From the NCBI GenBank assembly GCA_964016885.1, contig OZ024741.1:48174001-48238000 (forward strand): a stretch of DNA of 64,000 nucleotides. Direction: 5' to 3'. The notes beneath the pieces are model-generated. The model had not been told where the DNA came from. It saw only the letters and a program-made list of their open reading frames with translations, and searched no databases. This stretch comes from Eledone cirrhosa. Lineage: Eukaryota. This document shows positions 43,701-55,941 of this stretch, piece by piece. The position numbers and the translations under genes are program-made. Numbering within the stretch: position 1 is the stretch's first letter; each line of letters starts with the position of its first letter.

Positions 43701-46700
43701 CAGACTATATATATATTTAGTCGTATCTGATCTACACAGACTATATATATATTTAGTTGTGTCTCTGGTCTACACAGACTATATATATATTTAGTCGTAT
43801 CTGGTCTACACAGACTATATATATATTTAGTCGTATCTGGTCTACACAGACTATATATATATTTAGTTGTGTCTCTGGTCTCCACAGATTATATATATAT
43901 TTAGTTGTATCTCTGGTCTACACAGACTATATATATATTTAGTTGTATCTCTGATCTCCACAGATTATATATATATTTAGTCGTATCTGGTCTACACAGA
44001 CTATATATATATTTAGTTGTGTCTCTGGTCTCCACAGATTATATATATATTTAGTTGTATCTCTGATCTCCACAGATTATATATATATTTAGTTGTATCT
44101 CTGATCTCCACAGATTATATATATATTTAGTCATATCTGGTTTACACAGACTATATATATATTTAGTCGTATCTGGTCTACACAGACTATATATATATTT
44201 AGTTGTGTCTCTGGTCTCCACAGATTATATATATTTTTAGTCGTATCTGATCTACACAGACTATACATATATTTAGTTGTATCTGGTCTACACAGACTAT
44301 ATATATATTTAGTTGTATCTGGTCTACACAGAATATATATATATTTAGTTGTATCTCTGGTCTCCACAGATTATATATATATTTAGTCGTATCTGATCTA
44401 CACAGACTATACATATATTTAGTCGTATCTGATCTACACAGACTATACATATATTTAGTTGTATCTGGTCTACACAGACTATATATATATTTAGTTGTAT
44501 CTGGTCTACACAGACTATATATATATTTAGTTGTATCTGGTCTACACAGACTATATATATATTTAGTTGTATCTGGTCTACACAGACTATATATATATTT
44601 AGTCGTATCTGGTCTACACAGACTATATATATATTTAGTTGTATCTCTGGTCTCCACAGACTATATATATATTTAGTTGTATCTGGTCTACACAGACTAT
44701 ATATATATTTAGTTGTATCTGGTCTACACAGACTATATATATATTTAGTTGTATCTGGTCTACACAGACTATATATATATTTAGTCGTATCTGGTCTACA
44801 CAGACTATATATATATTTAGTTGTATCTCTGGTCTCCACAGACTATATATATATTTAGTTGTATCTGGTCTACACAGACTATATATATATTTAGTTGTAT
44901 CTGGTCTACACAGACTATATATATATTTAGTTGTATCTGGTCTACACAGACTATATATATATTTAGTTGTATCTGGTCGACACAGACTATATATATATTT
45001 AGTCGTATCTGGTCTACACAGACTATATATATATTTAGTTGTATCTCTGGTCTACACAGACTATATATATATTTAGTTGTATCTGGTCTACACAGACTAT
45101 ATATATATTTAGTTGTATCTGGTCTACACAGACTATATATATATTTAGTTGTATCTGGTCTACACAGACTATATATATATTTAGTCGTATCTGGTCTACA
45201 CAGACTATATATATATTTAGTTGTATCTCTGGTCTCCACAGACTATATATATATTTAGTTGTATCTCTGGTCTCTACAGACTATATATATATTTAGTTGT
45301 ATCTGGTCTACACAGACTATATATATATTTAGTTGTATCTCTGATCTCCACAGACTATATATATATTTAGTTGTATCTGGTCTACACAGACTATATATAT
45401 ATTTAGTTGTATCTCTGGTCTCTACAGACTATATATATATTTAGTTGTATCTGGTCTACACAGACTATATATATATTTAGTTGTATCTGGTCTACACAGA
45501 ATATATATATATTTAGTTGTATCTGGTCTACACAGACTATATATATATTTAGTTGTATCTGGTCTACACAGACTATATATATATTTAGTTGTATCTGGTC
45601 TACACAGACTATATATATATTTAGTTGTATCTCTGGTCTACACAGACTATTTATATATTTAGTTGTGTCTCTGGTCTAGACAGACTATATATATATTTAG
45701 TTGTATCTGGTCTACCCAGACTATATATATATTTAGTTGTGTCTCTGGTCTACACAGACTATATATATATTTAGTTGTGTCTCTGGTCTCCACAGACTAT
45801 ATATATATTTAGTTGTGTCTCTGGTCTCCACAGACTATATATATATTTAGTTGTATCTCTGGTCTACACAGACTATATATATATTTAGTTGTGTCTCTGG
45901 TCTCCACAGACTATATATATATTTAGTTGTGTCTCTGGTCTCCACAGACTATATATATATTTAGTTGTATCTCTGGTCTACACAGACTATATATATATTT
46001 AGTCGTATCTGGTCTACACAGACTATATATATATTTAGTCGTATCTGATCTACACAGACTATATATATATTTAGTTGTGTCTCTGGTCTACACAGACTAT
46101 ATATATATTTAGTCGTATCTGGTCTACACAGACTATATATATATTTAGTCGTATCTGGTCTACACAGACTATATATATATTTAGTTGTGTCTCTGGTCTC
46201 CACAGATTATATATATATTTAGTTGTATCTCTGATCTCCACAGATTATATATATATTTAGTCGTATCTGGTCTACACAGACTATATATATATTTAGTTGT
46301 GTCTCTGGTCTCCACAGATTATATATATATTTAGTTGTATCTCTGATCTCCACAGACTATATATATATTTAGTTGTGTCTCTGGTCTCCACAGACTATAT
46401 ATATATTTAGTTGTATCTCTGGTCTACACAGACTATATATATATTTAGTTGTATCTCTGATCTCCACAGACTATATATATATTTAGTTGTGTCTCTGGTC
46501 TCCACAGACTATATATATATTTAGTTGTATCTGGTCTACACAGACTATATATATATTTAGTTGTATCTGGTCTACACAGACTATATATATATTTAGTTGT
46601 GTCTCTGGTCTCCACAGACTATATATATATTTAGTTGTATCTCTGGTCTACACAGACTATATATATATTTAGTTGTGTCTCTGGTCTACACAGACTATAT

Positions 46701-49700
46701 ATATATTTAGTTGTGTCTCTGGTCTCCACAGACTATATATATATTTAGTTGTATCTCTGGTCTACACAGACTATATATATATTTAGTTGTGTCTCTGGTC
46801 TACACAGACTATATATATATTTAGTTGTGTCTCTGGTCTCCACAGACTATATATATATTTAGTTGTATCTCTGGTCTACACAGACTATATATATATTTAG
46901 TTGTGTCTCTGGTCTACACAGACTATATATATATTTAGTTGTGTCTCTGGTCTCCACAGACTATATATATATTTAGTTGTATCTCTGGTCTACACAGACT
47001 ATATATATATTTAGTTGTATCTCTGATCTCCACAGACTATATATATATTTAGTTGTGTCTCTGGTCTCCACAGACTATATATATATTTAGTTGTATCTGG
47101 TCTACACAGACTATATATATATTTAGTTGTGTCTCTGGTCTCTACAGACTATATATATATTTAGTTGTATCTCTGGTCTACACAGACTATATATATATTT
47201 AGTTGTGTCTCTGGTCTACACAGACTATATATATATTTAGTTGTGTCTCTGGTCTCCACAGACTATATATATATTTAGTTGTATCTCTGGTCTACACAGA
47301 CTATATATATATTTAGTCGTATCTGGTCTACACAGACTATATATATATTTAGTCGTATCTGATCTACACAGACTATATATATATTTAGTTGTGTCTCTGG
47401 TCTACACAGACTATATATATATTTAGTCGTATCTGGTCTACACAGACTATATATATATTTAGTCGTATCTGGTCTACACAGACTATATATATATTTAGTT
47501 GTGTCTCTGGTCTCCACAGATTATATATATATTTAGTTGTATCTCTGGTCTACACAGACTATATATATATTTAGTTGTATCTCTGATCTCCACAGATTAT
47601 ATATATATTTAGTCGTATCTGGTCTACACAGACTATATATATATTTAGTTGTGTCTCTGGTCTCCACAGATTATATATATATTTAGTTGTATCTCTGATC
47701 TCCACAGATTATATATATATTTAGTTGTATCTCTGATCTCCACAGATTATATATATATTTAGTCATATCTGGTTTACACAGACTATATATATATTTAGTC
47801 GTATCTGGTCTACACAGACTATATATATATTTAGTTGTGTCTCTGGTCTCCACAGATTATATATATTTTTAGTCGTATCTGATCTACACAGACTATACAT
47901 ATATTTAGTTGTATCTGGTCTACACAGACTATATATATATTTAGTTGTATCTGGTCTACACAGAATATATATATATTTAGTTGTATCTCTGGTCTCCACA
48001 GATTATATATATATTTAGTCGTATCTGATCTACACAGACTATACATATATTTAGTCGTATCTGATCTACACAGACTATACATATATTTAGTTGTATCTGG
48101 TCTACACAGACTATATATATATTTAGTTGTATCTGGTCTACACAGACTATATATATATTTAGTTGTATCTGGTCTACACAGACTATATATATATTTAGTT
48201 GTATCTGGTCTACACAGACTATATATATATTTAGTCGTATCTGGTCTACACAGACTATATATATATTTAGTTGTATCTCTGGTCTCCACAGACTATATAT
48301 ATATTTAGTTGTATCTGGTCTACACAGACTATATATATATTTAGTTGTATCTGGTCTACACAGACTATATATATATTTAGTTGTATCTGGTCTACACAGA
48401 CTATATATATATTTAGTCGTATCTGGTCTACACAGACTATATATATATTTAGTTGTATCTCTGGTCTCCACAGACTATATATATATTTAGTTGTATCTGG
48501 TCTACACAGACTATATATATATTTAGTTGTATCTGGTCTACACAGACTATATATATATTTAGTTGTATCTGGTCTACACAGACTATATATATATTTAGTT
48601 GTATCTGGTCGACACAGACTATATATATATTTAGTCGTATCTGGTCTACACAGACTATATATATATTTAGTTGTATCTCTGGTCTACACAGACTATATAT
48701 ATATTTAGTTGTATCTGGTCTACACAGACTATATATATATTTAGTTGTATCTGGTCTACACAGACTATATATATATTTAGTTGTATCTGGTCTACACAGA
48801 CTATATATATATTTAGTCGTATCTGGTCTACACAGACTATATATATATTTAGTTGTATCTCTGGTCTCCACAGACTATATATATATTTAGTTGTATCTCT
48901 GGTCTCTACAGACTATATATATATTTAGTTGTATCTGGTCTACACAGACTATATATATATTTAGTTGTATCTCTGATCTCCACAGACTATATATATATTT
49001 AGTTGTATCTGGTCTACACAGACTATATATATATTTAGTTGTATCTCTGGTCTCTACAGACTATATATATATTTAGTTGTATCTGGTCTACACAGACTAT
49101 ATATATATTTAGTTGTATCTGGTCTACACAGAATATATATATATTTAGTTGTATCTGGTCTACACAGACTATATATATATTTAGTTGTATCTGGTCTACA
49201 CAGACTATATATATATTTAGTTGTATCTGGTCTACACAGACTATATATATATTTAGTTGTATCTCTGGTCTACACAGACTATTTATATATTTAGTTGTGT
49301 CTCTGGTCTAGACAGACTATATATATATTTAGTTGTATCTGGTCTACCCAGACTATATATATATTTAGTTGTGTCTCTGGTCTCCACAGACTATATATAT
49401 ATATTTAGTTGTCTCTGGTCTACACAGACTATATATATATTTAGTTGTGTCTGGTCTACACAGACTATATATATATTTAGTTGTATCTGGTCTCCACAGA
49501 CTATATATATATTTAGTTGTCTCTGGTCTACACAGACTATATATATATTTAGTTGTCTCTGGTCTACACAGACTATATATATATTTAGTTGTGTCTGGTC
49601 TACACAGACTATATATATATCTAGTTGTCTCTGGTCTACACAGACTATATATATATTTAGTTGTCTCTGGTCTCCACAGACTATATATATATTTAGTTGT

Positions 49701-52700
49701 GTCTCTGGTCTAGACAGACTATATATATATTTAGTTGTATCTCTGGTCTACACAGACTATATATATATTTAGTTGTATCTCTGGTATCCACAGACTATAC
49801 ATATATTTAGTTGTATCTGGTCTACACAGACTATATATATATTTAGTTGTATCTGGACTCCACAGACTATATATATATTTAGTCGTGTCTCTGGTCTACA
49901 GAGACTATATATATATAGTTGTATCTGGTCTACACAGACTATATATATATTTAGTCGTGTCTCTGGTCTCCACAGACTATATATATATTTAGTTGAGTCT
50001 CTGGTCTACACAGACTATATATATATTTAGTTGTATCTGGACTACACAGACTATATATATATATTTAGTTGTCTCTGGTCTACACAGACTATATATATAT
50101 TTAGTTGTCTCTGGTCTACACAGACTATATATATATTTAGTTGTCTCTGGTCTACACAGACTATATATATATTTAGTTGTCTCTGGTCTACACAGACTAT
50201 ATATATATTTAGTTGTCTCTGGTCTACACAGACTATATATATATTTAGTTGTGTCTCTGGTCTACACAGACTATATATATATTTAGTTGTATCTCTGGAC
50301 TCCACAGACTATATATATATTTAGTTGTGTCTGGTCTACACAGACTATATATATATTTAGTTGTGTCTCTGGTCTACACAGACTATATATATATTTAGTT
50401 GTATCTCTGGACTCCACAGACTATATATATATTTAGTTGTGTCTGGTCTACACAGACTATATATATATTTAGTTGTATCTCTGGTCTACACAGACTATAT
50501 ATATATTTAGTTGTATCTCTGGTCTACACAGACTATATATATATTTAGTTGTATCTCTGATTTACACAGACTATATATATATTTAGTTGTGTCTCTGGTC
50601 TACACAGACTATATACATATTTGGTTGTATTTGGTCTCCACAGACTATATACATATTTAGTTGTGTCTGGTCTACACAGACTATATATATATTTAGTTGT
50701 GTCTGGACTACACAGACTATATATATATTTAGTTGTATCTGGTCTACACAGACTATATATATATTTAGTTGTATCTCTGGTCTACACAGACTATATATAT
50801 ATTTAGTTGTATCTGGTCTACACAGACTATATATATATTTAGTTGTATCTCTGGTCTACACAGACTATATATATATTTAGTTGTATCTCTGGTCTACTCA
50901 GACTATATATATATTTAGTTGTGTCTCTGGTCTACACAGACTATATATATATTTAGTTGTATCTGGTCTCCACAGACTATATATATATTTAGTTGTGTCT
51001 CTGGTCTCCACAGACTATATATATATTTAGTTGTGTCTCTGGTCTACACAGACTATATATATATTTAGTTTTATCTCTGGTCTACACAGACTATATATAT
51101 ATTTAGTTGTATCTCTGGTCTACACAGACTATATATATATTTAGTTGTATCTGGTCTACACAGACTATATATATATTTAGTTGTCTCTGGTCTACACAGA
51201 CTATATATATATTTAGTTGTATCTCTGGTCTACACAGACTATATATATATTTAGTCGTATCTGGTCTACACAGACTATATATATATTTAGTTGTCTCTGG
51301 TCTACACAGACTATATATATATTTAGTTGTGTCTGGTCTACACAGACTATATATATATCTAGTTGTCTCTGGTCTACACAGACTATATATATATTTAGTT
51401 GTCTCTGGTCTCCACAGACTATATATATATTTAGTTGTGTCTCTGGTCTAGACAGACTATATATATATTTAGTTGTATCTCTGGTCTACACAGACTATAT
51501 ATATATTTAGTTGTATCTCTGGTATCCACAGACTATACATATATTTAGTTGTATCTGGTCTACACAGACTATATATATATTTAGTTGTATCTGGACTCCA
51601 CAGACTATATATATATTTAGTCGTGTCTCTGGTCTACAGAGACTATATATATATAGTTGTATCTGGTCTACACAGACTATATATATATTTAGTCGTGTCT
51701 CTGGTCTCCACAGACTATATATATATTTAGTTGAGTCTCTGGTCTACACAGACTATATATATATTTAGTTGTATCTGGACTACACAGACTATATATATAT
51801 TTAGTTGTCTCTGGTCTACACAGACTATATATATATTTAGTTGTCTCTGGTCTACACAGACTATATATATATTTAGTTGTCTCTGGTCTACACAGACTAT
51901 ATATATATTTAGTTGTCTCTGGTCTACACAGACTATATATATATTTAGTTGTCTCTGGTCTACACAGACTATATATATATTTAGTTGTGTCTCTGGTCTA
52001 CACAGACTATATATATATTTAGTTGTATCTCTGGACTCCACAGACTATATATATATTTAGTTGTGTCTGGTCTACACAGACTATATATATATTTAGTTGT
52101 GTCTCTGGTCTACACAGACTATATATATATTTAGTTGTATCTCTGGACTCCACAGACTATATATATATTTAGTTGTGTCTGGTCTACACAGACTATATAT
52201 ATATTTAGTTGTATCTCTGGTCTACACAGACTATATATATATTTAGTTGTATCTCTGGTCTACACAGACTATATATATATTTAGTTGTATCTCTGATTTA
52301 CACAGACTATATATATATTTAGTTGTGTCTCTGGTCTACACAGACTATATACATATTTGGTTGTATTTGGTCTCCACAGACTATATATATATTTAGTTGT
52401 GTCTGGTCTACACAGACTATATATATATTTAGTTGTGTCTGGACTACACAGACTATATATATATTTAGTTGTATCTGGTCTACACAGACTATATATATAT
52501 TTAGTTGTATCTCTGGTCTACACAGACTATATATATATTTAGTTGTATCTGGTCTACACAGACTATATATATATTTAGTTGTATCTCTGGTCTACACAGA
52601 CTATATATATATTTAGTTGTATCTCTGGTCTACTCAGACTATATATATATTTAGTTGTGTCTCTGGTCTACACAGACTATATATATATTTAGTTGTATCT

Positions 52701-53384
52701 GGTCTCCACAGACTATATATATATTTAGTTGTGTCTCTGGTCTCCACAGACTATATATATATTTAGTTGTGTCTCTGGTCTACACAGACTATATATATAT
52801 TTAGTTTTATCTCTGGTCTACACAGACTATATATATATTTAGTTGTATCTCTGGTCTACACAGACTATATATATATTTAGTTGTATCTGGTCTACACAGA
52901 CTATATATATATTTAGTTGTCTCTGGTCTACACAGACTATATATATATTTAGTTGTATCTCTGGTCTACACAGACTATATATATATTTAGTCGTATCTGG
53001 TCTACACAGACTATATATATATTTAGTTGTGTCTCTGTTCTCCACAGACTATATATATATTTAGTTGTATCTGGTCTACACAGACTATATATATATTTAG
53101 TTGTGTCTCTGGTCTACACAGACTATATATATATTTAGTTGTGTCTCTGGTCTCCACAGACTATATATATATTTAGTTGTGTATCTGGTCTACACAGACT
53201 ATATATATATTTAGTTGTGTCTCTGGTCTCCACAGACTATATATGTATTTAGTTGTGTCTGGTCTACACAGACTATATATATATTTAGTTGTCTCTGGTC
53301 TCCACAGACTATATAGATATTTAGTTGTATCTGGACTCCACAGACTATATATCTATTTAGTTTTATCTCTGGTCTACACAGACT

Positions 53385-53828
53385 ATCATCATCATCGTTT
53401 AACGTCCATGTTCCACGCTTGCATTGGTTTAGACGGGAGTTTTCCCACTTGAGGCAAGAGTAGGACTGTCTGGCGGGTTTTCTACAGCTGGATGCCCTTC
53501 CTAACATCAACCACATTTACAGTGTGGGGCTGGGAGGTTTTTACCGTGTTGCCTACACAGCCACATTACAGCGTAGACTGTCTGGCGGGTTTTCTACAGC
53601 TGGATGCCCTTCCTAACACCAACCACATTTACAGTGTGGGGCTGGGAGGTTTTTACCGTGTTGCCTACACAGCCACATTACAGCGTGGACTGTCTGGCGG
53701 GTTTTCTACAGCTGGATGCCCTTCCTAACATCAACCACATTTACAGTGTGGGACTGGGAGGTTTTTACCGTGTTGCCTACACGGCCACATTACAGCGTTG
53801 ACTTTTTACTTTTGTCGTGACACCTACA
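53385..53828 (-). mobile_element. RTE subfamily B 3' UTR fragment with internal 112-bp triplication
   Basis: ATCATCATCATCGTTTAACGTCCATGTTCCACGCTTGC matches the 3' ends at 40066 and 60184. It ends at GTCGTGACACCTACA, and the array then resumes. Confidence 0.92.
53463..53803. repeat. Three tandem copies of a 112-bp segment of the RTE 3' UTR
   Basis: GACT recurs at 53464, 53576, 53688 and 53800 (period 112) with near-identical intervening sequence. Confidence 0.95.
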
Positions 53829-54148
53829 TATGACTATATATATATTTAGTGACTATATATATATTTAGTTGTATCTGGTCTACACAGACTATATATATAT
53901 TTAGTTGTATCTCTGGTCTACACAGACTATATATATATTTAGTTGTATCTGGTCTACACAGACTTTATATATATTTAGTTGTATCTCTGGTCTACAGACT
54001 ATATATATATTTAGTTGTGTCTGGTCTACACAGACTATATATATATTTAGTTATGTCTCTGGTCTAGACAGACTATATATCTATTTAGTTGTATCTGGTC
54101 TACACAGACTATATATCTATTCAGTTGTATCTCTGGTCTACAGACTAT

Positions 54149-54284
54149 ATCATCATCCTCATCAATATACGTCCGCTTTTCCCTGCTTGCAGGGGTGGGA
54201 CGGGAACTGATTCTCGCTTGATTTCTACAGCTGGATGCCTTTCCTAACACCAACCTCATTTACAGTGAGTGCTGCGTGCTTTTT
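54149..54284 (-). mobile_element. 3' end of RTE-tailed SINE (same family as 59626-60011)
   Basis: The reverse complement matches 59875-60011 (GCACTCACTGTAAATGAGGTTGGTGTTAGGAA...GGACGTA..(GAT)n). Confidence 0.85.
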
Positions 54285-54514
54285 GGCCATATATATATAT
54301 ATATATATATATATTTAGTTGTGTCTCTGGTCTCCACAGACTATATATATATTTAGTTGTATCTGGTCTACACAGACTATATATATATTTAGTTGTGTCT
54401 CTGGTCTAGACAGACTATATATCTATTTAGTTGTATCTGGTCTACACAGACTATAGATATACATTTAGTTGTCTGTTGTACACAGACGTCATGTATTTCA
54501 ATCCGGATGTTTTT

Positions 54515-54710
54515 ACTTAAAAATGGAGTCGTATTTTTTATTATTCTGGATGTTAAGGGTTAGTACTAATTTGTTTGCTAGATTTTCTCTTAATTTCTTG
54601 ATGTCTTCCTGTGTATCCATTACAATCAATTTGTTGTGTATGTATCTGGTGTATATTATATGTTTGTCTTATTGATGGGTAGTAATGAATATATTGCAAA
54701 AATTAATGAT
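54515..54710 (-). pseudogene. Degenerate Penelope-like reverse transcriptase fragment
   Basis: Manual minus-strand translation KHIIYTRYIHNKLIVMDTQEDIKKLRENLANKLVLTLNIQNNKK resembles the PLE RT segment IYxRYVDD...E...KL...NSVLxF...NKK, with the DD decayed. Recognised by eye only. Confidence 0.45.
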
Positions 54711-54819
54711 GTAGAGACAAAAACACTTTTATAAAAAAAAGTCCAGGAAGATAACGCAAACTAAGTAAATATTAAACTTTGTTTTTCCCACATTGAAGAA
54801 GAATTCACCCCAGCAAAAA

Positions 54820-54945
54820 AAACAATGTCATCAGCATATTGTATTTCCCCTGGACAACAGATCTTAAATTCTTCTGTTATGGCATAGAGGACTATAATAT
54901 ACAGGAGTTTAAGTACTGAGCCCTGATGGATTTCTACTTGTATTT
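54820..54945 (-). pseudogene. Older RTE reverse transcriptase fragment (motifs 4-5)
   Basis: Translation QVEIHQGSVLKLLYIIVLYAITEEFKICCPGEIQYADDIV aligns with QVGVHQGSDLSPLLFTIVLQAITEEFKTGCPWELLYADDLA of the copy at 36098-37717. YADD is at 54827-54838. Confidence 0.85.
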
Positions 54946-54954
54946 TATCTACCC

Positions 54955-55590
54955 ATAACCTATTGAGTTTGGAACGGTAAGTTTGTTGAAAGGGGAGGTG
55001 GTGAGGTAGTGGTTTGGGTGGGGGGAGAAACAGTTAAGGAAGTTGGAGGTATAGGAGATGGTGGATGTGCACTGGAGAGGTGGTGATGGTGGTGATGGAT
55101 GTGCACTGGAGAGGTGGTGATGGATGTGCACTGGAGAGAAGCTGGTGGTACTGGAGAGAAGGTGGTGGTGGTGGTGATGGATGTGTACTGGAGAGGTGGA
55201 GGTAGTGATGGTGGATGTGTACTGGAGAGGAGGAGGTAGTGATGGTGGATGTGTACTGGAGAGGAGGAGGTAGTGATGGTGGATGTGCACTGGAGAGGAG
55301 GAGGTAGTGATGGTGGATGTGCACTGGAGAGGTGGTGATGGTGGATGTGTAATAGAGAGGAGGAGGTATTGGAGATGGTGGATGTGTACTGGAGAGGAAG
55401 ATGAAAGGAGTTGACATAGGAGACAAAAGTATTGTGTGAAGGAGCGGGAGGTAGCTCTAATGATGTTAGTGTAGAGACCATATAATATGGATGTGATGCT
55501 GGTGAATTATGGGGATGGTCTAGGTTCCAGCCTAGCTGACAAAAAGGTTGGCGTAGTTAGGGCCCCCGTTATTGTTCTCATTGCCATGAG
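54955..55590 (-). pseudogene. Degenerate Penelope-like RT relic, interrupted by an internal minisatellite
   Basis: Frameshifted minus-strand pieces in order: MAMRTIT/GPNYANLFV (55538-55587; cf. GxAMGTxMGPxYANLF), YGLYTNIIRATS (cf. YxRYIDDIIGAT), FVSYVNSFHLPLQYTSTISNTS (cf. FxxFxNSFHPxLxFT..S) and LTTSPFNKLT (cf. LSTSVxYKPT). Confidence 0.7.
55045..55398. repeat. Purine-rich minisatellite, ~10 copies of a ~25-40-bp unit (core GATGGTGGATGTGYACTGGAGAGG)
   Basis: The core recurs about ten times; the central copies have a 34-bp period (55201, 55235, 55269). Confidence 0.93.
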
Positions 55591-55642
55591 GTGAACCTCT
55601 CCTAACCTCTCTCACAAAAGAAAATTAATTTAGTGTGAGGAA

Positions 55643-55941
55643 TAGCTACCTTAGCAACCACAGACTAGCTATCATAGTAACCACAGACTAGTGACCTTAG
55701 CAACCACATACTAGCTATCATAGCAACCACAGACTAGCGACCTTAGCAACCACACACTAGCGACCTTAGCAACCACACACTAGCGACCTTAGCAACCACA
55801 CACTAGCGACCTTAGCAACCACAGATTAGCGACCTTAGCAACCACAGATTAACTGTCTTAGCAACCACAGATTAGCTGTCTTAGCAACCACATACAAACT
55901 ATCTTAGCAACCACACACTAGCTACCTTAGCAACCACATAC
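55643..55941. repeat. 23-bp minisatellite, ~13 copies (TAGCGACCTTAGCAACCACASAC)
   Basis: Direct tandem repetition of TTAGCAACCACA at 23-bp spacing. Confidence 0.95.

Larger units (their letters stand above)
1..54487. repeat. Large minisatellite/satellite array, 36/38-bp unit TAGTTGTRT(CT)CTGGTCTMCACAGAC(TA)5TT, open at the left window edge
   Basis: The unit is read directly and recurs head-to-tail throughout. Common variants are A/G in GTRTCT, presence/absence of CT (38 vs 36 bp) and A/C in TCTMCACA. The last degenerate unit ends at CACAGAC 54481-54487. The only non-array insertions are at 36098-37726, 40066-40746, 53385-53828 and 54149-54288. Confidence 0.99.

Noticed and set aside
61-54210. 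Hundreds of short ORFs (YIYLVVSGLHRL / IFSCIWSTQTIY repeats)
   Set aside because: They are translations of the minisatellite. Runs of 36-bp units keep a frame open and 38-bp units shift it; there is no coding signature.
1-54487. CRISPR-like appearance of 36-38-bp periodic repeats
   Set aside because: There are no unique spacers, no leader and no cas genes; the units are contiguous and the context is eukaryotic.
54630-54665. GTTGTGTATGTATCTGGTGTATATTATAT resembles the main minisatellite unit (possible origin from the adjacent PLE relic)
   Set aside because: The match is short and low-complexity and lacks the CACAGAC half; it is not distinguishable from chance.
54949-55481. His/Pro/Ser-rich ORFs in three minus frames
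   Set aside because: They are produced by the purine-rich minisatellite, which lacks stops on that strand; the flanks are a decayed PLE RT.
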